Source of the DNA: Clostridia bacterium
GTDB taxonomy: Bacteria; Bacillota; Clostridia; DUPQ01
Length of the DNA stretch: 62,385 nucleotides
Assembly (NCBI GenBank): GCA_046484975.1
Contig: JAWOHX010000103.1
Location: forward strand, 1-62,385
Reading direction: 5' to 3'
In this document: positions 46,321 through 56,457 of the stretch, one piece after another
Layout of the letters: every line of letters begins with the position of its first letter
How positions within the stretch are numbered: the stretch's first letter is position 1
Translations under genes and position numbers: made by a program
Notes under the pieces: generated by a model
What the model saw: the letters and a program-made list of their open reading frames with translations, nothing else
Databases searched by the model: none
Told to the model about the DNA's origin: nothing

Positions 46321-46490
46321 GTCCATCCTCCCATTCATGAAGTCAGTATAGCACGAGGGGGGAGCGAATACAACATGTTGTGGGAAGTCGTTTGCCCTAT
46401 ACCACATGTGAAAAAAATGTTGAAAAAATCATTGAATTCATCCTTGCTATCATATAGAATTGTTGCATGGCCCATTCCAAGGAGAAACCG

Positions 46491-47063
46491 ATGGACAACC
46501 TGAAAAAAAGAATACTGGAAGACGCCCGTGTGATGGACAAGGACATCCTGAAGGTCGACAGTTTCCTGAACCATCAGATTGATGTCAAACTGCTGGTCGA
46601 GATGGGCCTTGAGCTGCACCGACGATTTGCAGGGGAGCCTGTCACAAAAATCCTGACCATCGAGTCCAGCGGCATATCTGTGGCCTGCGCCACCGCCATG
46701 AATTTCCATGTGCCTGTCATTTTCGCCAAAAAAGGAAGCAGCCGGAAATCGGATGACGAGGTCTTTTCCGTGAATGCCTATTCCTATACAAAGCAAGAGC
46801 CCTATGTGATGAATGTCTCAAGGAAATACATCGGGAACAAGGACCATATCCTCATCATCGACGATTTTTTGGCCAACGGGGAAGCCGCGCTGGCCATGCT
46901 GGAGATTGTAAGGATGGCAGGTGCCACCCTGGCAGGCATCGGAATCGTCATCGAGAAAGCCTTCCAGAAGGGCGGGAAGGCCATAAGGGACAAGGGAATC
47001 CGCCTGGAGACCCTGGTCTCCATACAGTCCATGGAAAACGGAAGGATCATATTCAGGGATTGA
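46491..47063 (+). CDS. xpt: Xanthine phosphoribosyltransferase
   Basis: It has LKKRILEDARVMDKDILKVDSFLNHQID and the PRPP motif ILIIDDFLANGEA. An AAGGAGAA RBS precedes the ATG at 46491. Confidence 0.9.
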   Translation: MDNLKKRILEDARVMDKDILKVDSFLNHQIDVKLLVEMGLELHRRFAGEPVTKILTIESSGISVACATAMNFHVPVIFAKKGSSRKSDDEVFSVNAYSYTKQEPYVMNVSRKYIGNKDHILIIDDFLANGEAALAMLEIVRMAGATLAGIGIVIEKAFQKGGKAIRDKGIRLETLVSIQSMENGRIIFRD

Positions 47064-47115
47064 TGCATTGCCCATTCCGGCAATGACTTGATAAAGAAGA
47101 ATAAGGGGGAGAACA

Positions 47116-48210
47116 ATGAAAAAGAGAGTGTTTGCAATCGTGATGGTCATGGTGATGCTGTTCAGTTTTACCTTGTCGGCATGCAAGACGGACAAGGGAC
47201 AGACCGACGGCGTCAAGGTCGGCTTCATCTACATCGGGCCGGTGAACGACGGCGGATGGACACAGGCCCACGACGACGGCAGGAAAATGTTGGAACAGGA
47301 GCTGGGTGTCACCACCATATACAAGGAAAATGTGCCTGAGGATGATGCAGCGGTGGAGCAGGAAATCAGGATTCTCATCGACCAGGGGTGCACCATCATC
47401 ATCACCACCAGCTTTGGGTTCATGGACGCCACGAAAAAAATGGCGGACCAGTTCCCCAACGTGACCTTCCTGCATTGTTCGGGATGGGAACTCAGCGCGA
47501 ACCACGGAAACTATTTCGGAAGAATCTATGAACCCAGGTTCCTGTCGGGACTGGTGGCAGGCCTGAAAACAAAAACCAATAAGGTCGGATATGTCGCAGC
47601 CATGCAGATTCCCGAGGTTGTCAGGGGAATCAATGCCTTCACGCTTGGTGTGCAGGCTGTGAATCCTGATGCGGAAGTGCATGTGAGATGGACCAACACC
47701 TGGATTGACCCGGTGAAAGCGAAGGACGCCGCAGTGGTCCTCATCCAGGAAGGATGCGATGTGATCACCCAGCACCAGGACAGCCCGGGCCCGCAGATTG
47801 CAGCACAGGACGCAGGCGTATTCGCCATCGGATATGACCTGGCCACACCGGAAGTGGCACCGGACGCCTATATGACAGCGCCTGTGTTCCATTGGGGCTA
47901 CTACTATGTGGACACCGTCAAGGCCATCATGGACGGAAACTGGCAGCCATCATCCTACTGGAAGGGACTGGAATCCGGAATCGTGGACCTGGCCCCCCTG
48001 ACCAATGTCGCCCCTCCCGAATCCGTTGACCTGGTGGCTGAATACAGGGAAAAAATCATCGACGGTTCCTTCTTTGTCTTCCAGGGGGAAATCATGGACA
48101 GGCAGGGGAATGTGAAGGTGAAAGCGGGAGAAAAATTATCAGACGGCGAGATGCTGGGTATGATGTGGTTCGTTGCGGGTGTCAAAGGGACACTGGATGC
48201 AGAGCAGTAA
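47116..48210 (+). CDS. BMP-family (PnrA/NupN-like) nucleoside-binding ABC lipoprotein
   Basis: It has a lipobox (LSAC), VKVGFIYIGPVNDGGWTQAHDDG and IITTSFGFMD. Confidence 0.88.
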   Translation: MKKRVFAIVMVMVMLFSFTLSACKTDKGQTDGVKVGFIYIGPVNDGGWTQAHDDGRKMLEQELGVTTIYKENVPEDDAAVEQEIRILIDQGCTIIITTSFGFMDATKKMADQFPNVTFLHCSGWELSANHGNYFGRIYEPRFLSGLVAGLKTKTNKVGYVAAMQIPEVVRGINAFTLGVQAVNPDAEVHVRWTNTWIDPVKAKDAAVVLIQEGCDVITQHQDSPGPQIAAQDAGVFAIGYDLATPEVAPDAYMTAPVFHWGYYYVDTVKAIMDGNWQPSSYWKGLESGIVDLAPLTNVAPPESVDLVAEYREKIIDGSFFVFQGEIMDRQGNVKVKAGEKLSDGEMLGMMWFVAGVKGTLDAEQ

Positions 48211-48224
48211 AAGGATAAAGCAAT

Positions 48225-49739
48225 TTGAGTGACCGCACGGCGATACAACTGGTAAACGCCACAAAAACATTCGGAGACGTGATTGCCAACGACAGCATCA
48301 CGCTGGATCTCAGGAACCGGGAGATTCTGGCGCTGCTCGGTGAGAACGGTTCCGGAAAAAGTACTTTGATGAACATGTTATCGGGCATTTACATGCCCGA
48401 TAACGGTTCTATTTTTCTGCGGGGCAGGAGGATCGACATCCGCTCACCGCAGGACGCCAAGAAATTCGGCATCGGGATGATCCACCAGCACTTCAAGCTG
48501 GTGGACCGGATGACCGCAAGGGAGAACATCATCCTGGGGGAAAAAGGAAGAAGCTTCCTGAACAAGACGAAGACGGACAAGGAACTGACCAGGGTGATGG
48601 AGAAATACGGCCTTTTCGTGGACCTCGGGAAAAAGGCCGGGGACATGACGGTGAGCGAGAAACAGACCCTTGAGATCATCAAGGTTCTCTACAGCGGAGC
48701 GCAGATTCTTATTCTGGACGAGCCCACCGCCGTGCTGACCCCCCAGGAAATCAACAGGCTGTTCATGATCCTGAGGAAGATGAGGAATGAAGGCCATTCC
48801 ATCATCATCATCACACATAAGCTCAATGAGGTGATGCAGATCAGCGACAGGGTTTCCGTGCTCCGGAAAGGCAGGCTGGTGGCAACGGTGGATACGGCTT
48901 CGACCCACTCCATCGAGCTTGCCGAGATGATGATGGGCAAAGCCATGGATTTCAAGATCGACAGGCCTAAGTACGGGAACGGGAAGAAGATCCTGGAGTG
49001 CCGTGACCTGACGGTGGAGAACCAGGATAAGGTGGAGAAGCTTGCCGGGATCGGCTTTGATCTGTACGAGGGGGAGATTCTCGGCGTTGCAGGCATCGCC
49101 AACAGCGGACAGAAGGAACTCTGCGAATCCATCGCCGGCCTGATTGCCGTGAAATCCGGGGAGATTATGTATGAAGGGAGCGATATCGTCGGCAAAAATC
49201 CCAGGGAGATCCTGAAACTGGGGATCAGCATGAGTTTCATCCCGGAAGACCGGCTCGGCATGGGCCTGGTGGCAGACATGGACATGGTGGACAATCTCAT
49301 GCTCAAAGACTATTTCGTACAGAAGGGATTGTTTCTGGACCGTCGGTATGCCCAGAAAAAAGCCGAAAAGATCATCCGAACCTTCGACATCACCACCACC
49401 GGCATTCACCAGGCAGTGAAAAAAATGTCGGGGGGAAACATCCAGAAAGTCCTTCTGGGACGGGAACTGGATCAGAATCCCCATGTGCTCATCACAGCAT
49501 ATCCAATCCGCGGGTTGGACATAGGATCCACATACACGGTCTTCGATATCCTCAACAGGCAGAAAATGGAAGGGGTCGGCGTCATATTCATCGGGGAGGA
49601 CCTGGATATGCTGATGGCCCTGTCCGACCGCATCCTGGTTTTGTGCGGGGGCAAGGTCACAGGCATCGTGGATGCGAAAAACGTCACCAGGGACCAACTG
49701 GGGCTCCTGATGACAGGTGAGGTGAGCATCTATGCTTAG
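48225..49739 (+). CDS. ABC transporter ATP-binding protein, duplicated ATPase (nucleoside/sugar type)
   Basis: It has GENGSGKST (Walker A), LILDEPT, a second cassette with LSGGNIQK-like MSGGNIQKVLL, and FIGEDLDM. It has a TTG start. Confidence 0.9.
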   Translation: MSDRTAIQLVNATKTFGDVIANDSITLDLRNREILALLGENGSGKSTLMNMLSGIYMPDNGSIFLRGRRIDIRSPQDAKKFGIGMIHQHFKLVDRMTARENIILGEKGRSFLNKTKTDKELTRVMEKYGLFVDLGKKAGDMTVSEKQTLEIIKVLYSGAQILILDEPTAVLTPQEINRLFMILRKMRNEGHSIIIITHKLNEVMQISDRVSVLRKGRLVATVDTASTHSIELAEMMMGKAMDFKIDRPKYGNGKKILECRDLTVENQDKVEKLAGIGFDLYEGEILGVAGIANSGQKELCESIAGLIAVKSGEIMYEGSDIVGKNPREILKLGISMSFIPEDRLGMGLVADMDMVDNLMLKDYFVQKGLFLDRRYAQKKAEKIIRTFDITTTGIHQAVKKMSGGNIQKVLLGRELDQNPHVLITAYPIRGLDIGSTYTVFDILNRQKMEGVGVIFIGEDLDMLMALSDRILVLCGGKVTGIVDAKNVTRDQLGLLMTGEVSIYA

Positions 49740-50799
49740 GATATCGAAAAGAGGGGAAATCTCAAGAAAAAGAAGTTTCACCATAAAAATACTCGGGGTG
49801 CTGGGAGCGTTCGCCTTCACATCCATCCTTCTTCTCTTGTTGGGCCACAATCCTTTTGCGGTTTTCTATTCCATGCTGACAGGTGCCTTCTCCAACTTTT
49901 TCAGGATACGGGGGACCCTGATCCGCGCCATTCCCCTGGCCATCACGGCACTGGGCATTTCCATCGCCTTCCGGATGAAATTCTGGAACATCGGGGGGGA
50001 AGGACAAATCATGATGGGGGCATTCGCTGCGACTTTCGTGGCATTGAACTTCGGGGATCTCCCCAGGGCACTGATGCTGGTCCTGATGGCCCTGGCCGCT
50101 TTTCTTTTCGGAGGCCTGTGGGCCTTCATTCCTGCGGTCTTCAAGGTGAAGTTCGGGACCAATGAGACCCTGTTCACCCTGATGCTGAACTATATCGCCC
50201 TGAAATGGGTGGGCTATCTCCAGTACAATGCCTGGAAGGACCCCCGGGCCATGGGGTTCCCGAAAATTGCCACCTTCGGCACGAATGCCCGGCTCCCCGA
50301 AGTGCTTGGCATCCATGCCGGCTGGATCATCGCCATTCTCGTGGCTGTTTTCGTCTACCTGCTGGTCAGCCATACAAAAAAAGGATATGAGATCAATGTG
50401 GTGGGGGGAAGCGTGAACACCGCCAGGTATTCCGGGATGAAGGTCGGCAGAATCATCATCCTTTCCCTGATATTGAGCGGTGGCATTGCAGGCCTGACGG
50501 GTTTCGTCCAGGTCGCAGGGGTATCCCATACCCTGTCCGTGAACACCTCGGCGGGAGCGGGTTTCACCGCCATCATCGTCGCCTGGCTGGCAAAGCTCCA
50601 CCCGGCATATATCATTCTGGTTTCCATCCTGTTCGCGGGGATGATCCAAGGGGGTTCCTATATCCAATCCGCTTTTGCCATCCCGGAATCTGTGGCGGTG
50701 ATCCTTCATGGAATCATCCTGCTGTTCGTCCTGGGCAGCGAGTTTTTCATCCAGTACAGAATCAACATTGACAAGAAAGAGGAGGTGGAGGCTGAATGA
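49732..50799 (+). CDS. ABC transporter permease (BPD_transp_2 type)
   Basis: It is 355 aa and polytopic, and it overlaps the ATPase gene by 8 nt. Confidence 0.85.
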   Translation: MLRISKRGEISRKRSFTIKILGVLGAFAFTSILLLLLGHNPFAVFYSMLTGAFSNFFRIRGTLIRAIPLAITALGISIAFRMKFWNIGGEGQIMMGAFAATFVALNFGDLPRALMLVLMALAAFLFGGLWAFIPAVFKVKFGTNETLFTLMLNYIALKWVGYLQYNAWKDPRAMGFPKIATFGTNARLPEVLGIHAGWIIAILVAVFVYLLVSHTKKGYEINVVGGSVNTARYSGMKVGRIIILSLILSGGIAGLTGFVQVAGVSHTLSVNTSAGAGFTAIIVAWLAKLHPAYIILVSILFAGMIQGGSYIQSAFAIPESVAVILHGIILLFVLGSEFFIQYRINIDKKEEVEAE

Positions 50800-51731
50800 A
50801 CATGGTGTTGCTCCTGTCCGCAGCCATCCAGGCGGGCACTCCTCTTCTACTGGCCACCGTGGGGGAAAGCCTGACGGAAAAAGCGGGGAACCTCAACCTT
50901 GGGGTGGAGGGCATGATGCTGGTGGGGGCTGTATCGGGCTTCATCGGCGCATACAACACGGGGAGCGCACTTTTCGGCATCCTCATGGCAATCCTGTCGG
51001 GAATCCTCATTTCATCGGTGTACGCCTTCATCACTGTCACGCTGCGGGCGAATCAAATCGTCACCGGCCTTGCCATCACCATCCTGGGCACCGGTCTTGC
51101 AGGGTTCCTGGGCAAGAACTATGTGGGCATGGTCCTTTCCAACACGGTGAAAGGAATCCTCCAGACAAAGATCCGCATCCCCCTGCTGGGGGATATCCCT
51201 TTTGTCGGGGACATCCTGTTCAACAACGACATCATGATCTATATGGCTTTTCTCATTGCAGTGCTGGCGGGTCTTTACATCAGCAGGACCAGGACGGGGC
51301 TCAAGCTCCGGGCTGTGGGTGAAAATCCTTACGCTGCGGATGCAGCCGGCATCAACGTGTCGCTTTTCAAATACATCCATATCATGATCGGCGGGGCCCT
51401 CTGTGGCCTTGGAGGGAGTTATCTCTCCCTGGTGTATATCCCGGTCTGGCAGGACAATGTGGTGGCGGGGAGGGGATGGATCGCCGTTGCACTGGTGATA
51501 TTCGTCGGCTGGAACCCCATCAAGGCCGTATTGGGGGCCTATGTCTTCGGGGGATTGGACATCCTGGGGTTCAGGCTCCAGAAGTTCGAGTGGAAGATTC
51601 CCCAGGACTTCATCGACATGCTTCCTTACATCGCCACCATCATCGTGCTGGTTGCCTCGTCCATCAACAAGAAAAAGAAACATCCGCCGCCTTCATGGCT
51701 GGGCAGGGAGTATTTCAGGGAAGACAGATGA
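50796..51731 (+). CDS. ABC transporter permease (second subunit)
   Basis: It is 311 aa and polytopic, with an ATGA overlap with the first permease. Confidence 0.85.
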   Translation: MNMVLLLSAAIQAGTPLLLATVGESLTEKAGNLNLGVEGMMLVGAVSGFIGAYNTGSALFGILMAILSGILISSVYAFITVTLRANQIVTGLAITILGTGLAGFLGKNYVGMVLSNTVKGILQTKIRIPLLGDIPFVGDILFNNDIMIYMAFLIAVLAGLYISRTRTGLKLRAVGENPYAADAAGINVSLFKYIHIMIGGALCGLGGSYLSLVYIPVWQDNVVAGRGWIAVALVIFVGWNPIKAVLGAYVFGGLDILGFRLQKFEWKIPQDFIDMLPYIATIIVLVASSINKKKKHPPPSWLGREYFREDR

Positions 51732-51790
51732 TGTTGATTTTTGGCACGGTATATTGTAGACTCTATTTGATTGACTGAGGAGGTATATGT

Positions 51791-52348
51791 ATGTTATTCG
51801 CCGGTGATTTTAGAAACGGGCTGTCTTTTGAAATGGACGGGCAGCTTTTCCAGATTGTGGAGTTCCAGCATGTAAAACCGGGGAAAGGGGCAGCTTTCGT
51901 CAGGGCGAAGATCCGCAACATCCTGACAGGTTCCATCCATGAAAGGACGTTCAACCCCAACGAAAAATTCGAAAGGGCGATCATTGAGAGAAAGGACATG
52001 CAGTACCTTTACAAAGACGGCGAGCTTTTCTATTTCATGGACATGGAGTCATATGAGCAGATACCCCTCAATGCCAACACACTGGGGGATTCCCTGAAGT
52101 TCATCAAGGAAAACGAGACTGTCCAGATGCTCTCCCATAAAAGCAACATATTCGGCGTGGAACCGCCGAATTTTGTGGTGCTGGAAGTCATACAGACAGA
52201 GCCCGGATACAAGGGGGACACTGCCCAGGGAGCCACCAAGCCGGCGACCGTGGAGACTGGCGCCGTTGTGAAGGTTCCTCTGTTCATCAACATCGGTGAA
52301 AAGATCCGCATTGATACAAGAAGCGGCGAATATATGGAACGGGCATAG
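51791..52348 (+). CDS. efp: Translation elongation factor P
   Basis: It has [38 protein letters not shown] (with the conserved loop Lys) and a C-terminal [17 protein letters not shown]. Confidence 0.95.
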   Translation: MLFAGDFRNGLSFEMDGQLFQIVEFQHVKPGKGAAFVRAKIRNILTGSIHERTFNPNEKFERAIIERKDMQYLYKDGELFYFMDMESYEQIPLNANTLGDSLKFIKENETVQMLSHKSNIFGVEPPNFVVLEVIQTEPGYKGDTAQGATKPATVETGAVVKVPLFINIGEKIRIDTRSGEYMERA

Positions 52349-52364
52349 GCGGAAGGGGAAAATC

Positions 52365-53099
52365 ATGACAACGAACATCACTGTATGGAACGAAGGAAGG
52401 CACGAGAAAGAAAACAAGCAGATTGCGTCGGTCTATCCCAAAGGCATCCATGGGGCCATCGCCGACCACCTCGGAAAAGAGAAGAATTTCTCCGTGAGGA
52501 CTGCCACCCTGGACGATCCGGAACAAGGTCTGCCGGATGCGGTCCTTTCGGACACGGATGTTTTGATCTGGTGGGGGCACTGCGCCCATGGGGAGGTCAG
52601 GGACGAGCTGGTGGAAAGAATAAGGGAAAGGGTCAACGGCGGGATGGGCATCATCGTGCTGCATTCCGGCCACTATTCCAAGATATTCAAGAAACTGCTG
52701 GGGACCAGCGGGACCCTCAAATGGAGGGAGGTCAATGAGAAGACCAGATTATGGGTGGTCAATCCCAACCATCCCATCGCAGAGGGCATCGGCCCATATA
52801 TCGAGCTTCCCGGGGAGGAAATGTACGGGGAGCCCTTCGGCATACCAAATCCCGATGAATTGGTCTTCATCTCCTGGTTCGAGGGAGGGGAGGTCTTCCG
52901 TTCGGGCTGCTGCTTCCAAGTGGAAAGGGGCAGGATGTTCTATTTCCAGCCCGGCCATGAGACATATCCCATTTATCACCACCCGGAGATCATGAAGGTC
53001 ATCGCCAACGCCTGCCGCTGGGCAGCCCCCACGGGGAAGGTCATGGACAGGCTGGACTGCGAAAACGTCAAGGTTCCCCTGGAAGAGGTCGGGAAATGA
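52365..53099 (+). CDS. ThuA-domain (trehalose-utilisation-like) protein
   Basis: It begins [14 protein letters not shown] and has [29 protein letters not shown] and [11 protein letters not shown]. Confidence 0.8.
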   Translation: MTTNITVWNEGRHEKENKQIASVYPKGIHGAIADHLGKEKNFSVRTATLDDPEQGLPDAVLSDTDVLIWWGHCAHGEVRDELVERIRERVNGGMGIIVLHSGHYSKIFKKLLGTSGTLKWREVNEKTRLWVVNPNHPIAEGIGPYIELPGEEMYGEPFGIPNPDELVFISWFEGGEVFRSGCCFQVERGRMFYFQPGHETYPIYHHPEIMKVIANACRWAAPTGKVMDRLDCENVKVPLEEVGK

Positions 53100-54151
53100 G
53101 CAACATGAAATACAGGCATGTGACCATCGGGGCCGGAGGGGTGGCCTTGTACAAGCATATTCCCGGGTACATGGGACTTGGGAACGTCCAGGTGTGCGCC
53201 GCCTATGACCCCAGTGCAGGCGCACTGGCGAACCTGAAGGGGAAGTTCCCTTCCATCAATACCTATTCGGATTACGAGGAGATGCTCTGCAAGGAAACCC
53301 CGGACATCGCAAGCGTATGCTCACCAAATAAATTCCACAGGGACTATGCGGTGGATCTCCTGGGCAGGGGCATCCATGTGCATCTGGAAAAGCCCATCGC
53401 CATGAACGAGCAGGAAGCGGGGGACATCATCCGGGCGAAGGACTCCTCCACCGCCCTGCTCATGCTCGGACTCAACAACCGTTTCACCAACGAGGCCTGT
53501 TTTGTCCGGGACTATATATGTTCAGGCGGCCTGGGGGAAATCTACTATGTGCGCTGCGGATGGAGGAGAAGACGGAACATTCCCTCGCTGGGCAGTTGGT
53601 TCACCAGAAAAGATTTGTCGGGAGGGGGACCCCTCATCGACCTGGGAGTGCATTTCATTGATCTGACCCTGCATTTCATGGGGTATCCGGAAGCCTTGTC
53701 GGTATCGGCTTCCACCTATAGGAAATTCGGCGGATGCAAGTCTAAAAACCAGAGGAAGGCGGACGTGCCCGAAGCCGGGGATTATGATGTGGAGGACCTT
53801 GCGCTGGGTTTCATACGCCTTGACAACGGTGCGACCATGGCCTATGAGTTTTCCTATGCCCTCAATACCGAGAAGGAGGAATATTTCTATGAGATGTTCG
53901 GAACCAGGGGAGGGGTCACGTTCCATTCCGGGCAACTGAAAATTTATTCCGAGATCAATGACACCGTGGTGGACATCACGCCCGTCACGAATTATCCAAA
54001 ACCGGAGATCAACGAGTTCAAGCACTTCATCGACGCCATCGAGGGGAAGGCAGCGCTTCTCGCCCCTCCCGAGGAAGGAAAAAAGATGATGGCCATCATC
54101 GACGCCGCCTACCGTTCCGCAGAAATGAAGAAGGAAGTAGTGCTGACATAA
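53096..54151 (+). CDS. Gfo/Idh/MocA-family oxidoreductase
   Basis: It has an N-terminal Rossmann region ([17 protein letters not shown]), the EKP motif (HLEKPIA), and a C-terminal alpha/beta domain. It has an ATGA overlap with thuA. Confidence 0.85.
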   Translation: MSNMKYRHVTIGAGGVALYKHIPGYMGLGNVQVCAAYDPSAGALANLKGKFPSINTYSDYEEMLCKETPDIASVCSPNKFHRDYAVDLLGRGIHVHLEKPIAMNEQEAGDIIRAKDSSTALLMLGLNNRFTNEACFVRDYICSGGLGEIYYVRCGWRRRRNIPSLGSWFTRKDLSGGGPLIDLGVHFIDLTLHFMGYPEALSVSASTYRKFGGCKSKNQRKADVPEAGDYDVEDLALGFIRLDNGATMAYEFSYALNTEKEEYFYEMFGTRGGVTFHSGQLKIYSEINDTVVDITPVTNYPKPEINEFKHFIDAIEGKAALLAPPEEGKKMMAIIDAAYRSAEMKKEVVLT

Positions 54152-55035
54152 TGCCGGAAAGAAAAAAACTGGACCAGGACAACTACAAGGAGATTCTCCC
54201 GTATTTTGCTTATTCGCCTCGATACATGTCCCTGGCGAAATTCTCCACCCAGTACATCTGGAGGCATCAGACGGGGCTTGAATACTATATCCTCGATGAC
54301 ATGCTCTTTTTGTTTGAAAGCAAATTCAATGATTCCGCGGTATGCCCAATGGGCCCCGGAGACTTGAAAAAAGCGGTGGACCATATCTTTTGCAATGAGA
54401 AGACCGGGATCATCTATTGCATCGGAAAAGAGCAAAAAATCATCCTGGAAGAATCATATCCGGTGGTCCCCTACAGGGATTTCTTTGAATATGTCTACTT
54501 CACAAAAGATCAGGTCGAGTTGAAAGGGAGACGCTACAACAAGAAGCGGAACCACATCAATAAGTTCCATTCCCTGTATCAGCACGAATACAAGCGGATC
54601 GATTGCCACGACCATGAAGAGATCAGGAAGGTCATCGGAAAGTGGTGCGAGAACAGCGATTTCGGGGATGAGGCCCTCTCCTGTGAGAAAAATGCCATCA
54701 CGGAGCTTCTGAGCAATGAAGTTGATATCGGCTGCAAGGCCGCTTCCGTCTATATCAATGGGAAAATGGTGGCCTTCACCATCGGCGAGCAGATTTTCCC
54801 CGACATGGTGGTGGTGCATTTTGAAAAGGCGGACACGGAATTTCAGGGGCTCTACCAGACCATGGCCAGGGAATACCTTGCCAATGAATGGCCGGACATC
54901 AAGTATGTGAACCGGCAGGAAGACATGGGGATACCCGGCCTTCGCAAGGCCAAGGAATCCTATTATCCTGAGTTTTATGTGGAGAACCATTGCATCCGAA
55001 AAGAGGGACAGGTTCATCAGGCGCTTTCCCTGTGA
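54151..55035 (+). CDS. DUF2156-like (MprF C-terminal / aminoacyl-PG-synthase-fold) protein
   Basis: It is 294 aa. The KGRRYNKKRNHINKF block and the overall size resemble the LPG_synthase_C/DUF2156 family. The assignment is from memory only. Confidence 0.45.
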   Translation: MPERKKLDQDNYKEILPYFAYSPRYMSLAKFSTQYIWRHQTGLEYYILDDMLFLFESKFNDSAVCPMGPGDLKKAVDHIFCNEKTGIIYCIGKEQKIILEESYPVVPYRDFFEYVYFTKDQVELKGRRYNKKRNHINKFHSLYQHEYKRIDCHDHEEIRKVIGKWCENSDFGDEALSCEKNAITELLSNEVDIGCKAASVYINGKMVAFTIGEQIFPDMVVVHFEKADTEFQGLYQTMAREYLANEWPDIKYVNRQEDMGIPGLRKAKESYYPEFYVENHCIRKEGQVHQALSL

Positions 55036-55061
55036 TATAATGCAGATGCCGGAGGTGGACG

Positions 55062-55454
55062 ATGACAGAAGAAACCAAGACGGGTGTCCAGAACGAAGAT
55101 GAATTCATAGGCGAACTCAAAGTCACCAACGAAGTGGTTGCCATCATAGCAGGTCTTGCAACTGTGGAGGAGGAAGGTGTATATGCTATGAGCGGAAACC
55201 TGACCGGAGGCATCGCCGAGGCATTGGGCATCAGGAATCTTTCCAAAGGAATCAAGGTGGACGTTCGGGAAGGCGCTGCCCACATCAACATCCACATCAT
55301 TGTGGAGTTCGGCGCCCGGATACCCGAAGTGGCATGGAACATCCAGGAAAAGGTGAAGAAGATCGTCCAGAAAATGACCGGCCTGAAGGTCACGGAAGTG
55401 AACATCCATGTGCAGGGTGTCAACATTCCCCGGAACATCGAGATGGACCGGTGA
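55062..55454 (+). CDS. Asp23/Gls24-family alkaline-shock/envelope-stress protein
   Basis: It has ELKVTNEVVAIIAGLATVEEEGVYAMSG and V.EVNIHVQGV. Confidence 0.9.
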   Translation: MTEETKTGVQNEDEFIGELKVTNEVVAIIAGLATVEEEGVYAMSGNLTGGIAEALGIRNLSKGIKVDVREGAAHINIHIIVEFGARIPEVAWNIQEKVKKIVQKMTGLKVTEVNIHVQGVNIPRNIEMDR

Positions 55455-55516
55455 CGCCCGGATGACCGTGGCCCGCTGAAAGGTATCGTATCAGAAGAAA
55501 GAAAGGATGAGTTTTT

Positions 55517-56056
55517 ATGAGGAAAATCAGATCGTTGTTGATCGCGTTGAATTTCATCATCACGACAGTTTTCAGTTTTTTCGGCATGTACCTGATGGTG
55601 AATGTATATTATGCCAGGGAAGTGGGGAACATCCTGTTTGACAGCAGAATCCTCTCTTCGGTGAGGATCATCCCGTTCCTGTGCTTTTTGATTGTCATCG
55701 TGTCGAACGTCCTGTTCCTGTTCACCTTCAAGCGGAAGGACAGGACAAAGGAAGCTGTCCGCATCTCCAATCCGGCAGGCGTCATCAGCATATCCGCCCA
55801 ATCCATTGAGAGCCTTGCCAAGCTGGAAGCCCAGCAGATGGAGAATATTTCAGACATCAGGACAAGGATCATCAGCACCGACAACAAAGCCACCATCGAG
55901 GTGATGGTAAAGGTTCCCCCGGTCATCTCCATACCGGAGGTGTCTGCTGCCCTGCAGAGCCGGATCAAGAACAAGATCATCGAGACGACCGGCATCGAGA
56001 TTGCAAGCGTCAGGATCATCGTGGACGGTATCCTGGAGCCCGTGAGGCACCAATGA
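55517..56056 (+). CDS. AmaP-like membrane anchor for Asp23
   Basis: It has two N-terminal TM helices followed by an Asp23-like soluble part (ISISAQSIESLA...ATIEVMVKV...VRIIVDGI), and it sits directly after asp23. Confidence 0.65.
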   Translation: MRKIRSLLIALNFIITTVFSFFGMYLMVNVYYAREVGNILFDSRILSSVRIIPFLCFLIVIVSNVLFLFTFKRKDRTKEAVRISNPAGVISISAQSIESLAKLEAQQMENISDIRTRIISTDNKATIEVMVKVPPVISIPEVSAALQSRIKNKIIETTGIEIASVRIIVDGILEPVRHQ

Positions 56057-56445
56057 GCAGAAAAAAAGCCAGGGAGACGGCATTCAAGCTCCTGTACCAG
56101 ACCCAGATCAACAAGGACGACATTCTGGAGCAGTTGCTGACATATTTTGAGGAGAATCCCACGGATGATGCCTCCAGGGAATACATCCAGGAGGTTGTCA
56201 CCGGTGTGAACACGCATCTGGAGGAGATCGACGCCAGCATCCGGAAATTCATCGCAGCCTCATGGAAGATTGAACGGATCTCCAAAATTGATTTGTCCAT
56301 CCTGCGGCTGGGGTATTATGAGATTGTTTACCGGGACGACATCCCGAAGGGCGTCGCCATCAACGAGGCCGTTGAGATCGCAAAGGAATATGGGTCGGAC
56401 CAGTCGGGAAGGTTTGTCAACGGGGTATTGGCAAATATTTCATAG
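56053..56445 (+). CDS. nusB: Transcription antitermination factor NusB
   Basis: It has RKKARETAFKLLYQTQI, LRLGYYEI, AINEAVEIAKEYG and FVNGVL. Confidence 0.93.
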   Translation: MSRKKARETAFKLLYQTQINKDDILEQLLTYFEENPTDDASREYIQEVVTGVNTHLEEIDASIRKFIAASWKIERISKIDLSILRLGYYEIVYRDDIPKGVAINEAVEIAKEYGSDQSGRFVNGVLANIS

Positions 56446-56457
56446 CAGGGAAAAGCA

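Noticed and set aside
46321-46490. An expected guanine/purine riboswitch upstream of xpt.
   Set aside because: I could not find the conserved three-way-junction core (UAUAAUCGCGUGGAUAUGGCACGCAAGUUUCUACCGGGCACCGUAAAUGUCCGACUAUG-like). The gap is short and looks like plain divergent promoters. A CM search could overturn this.
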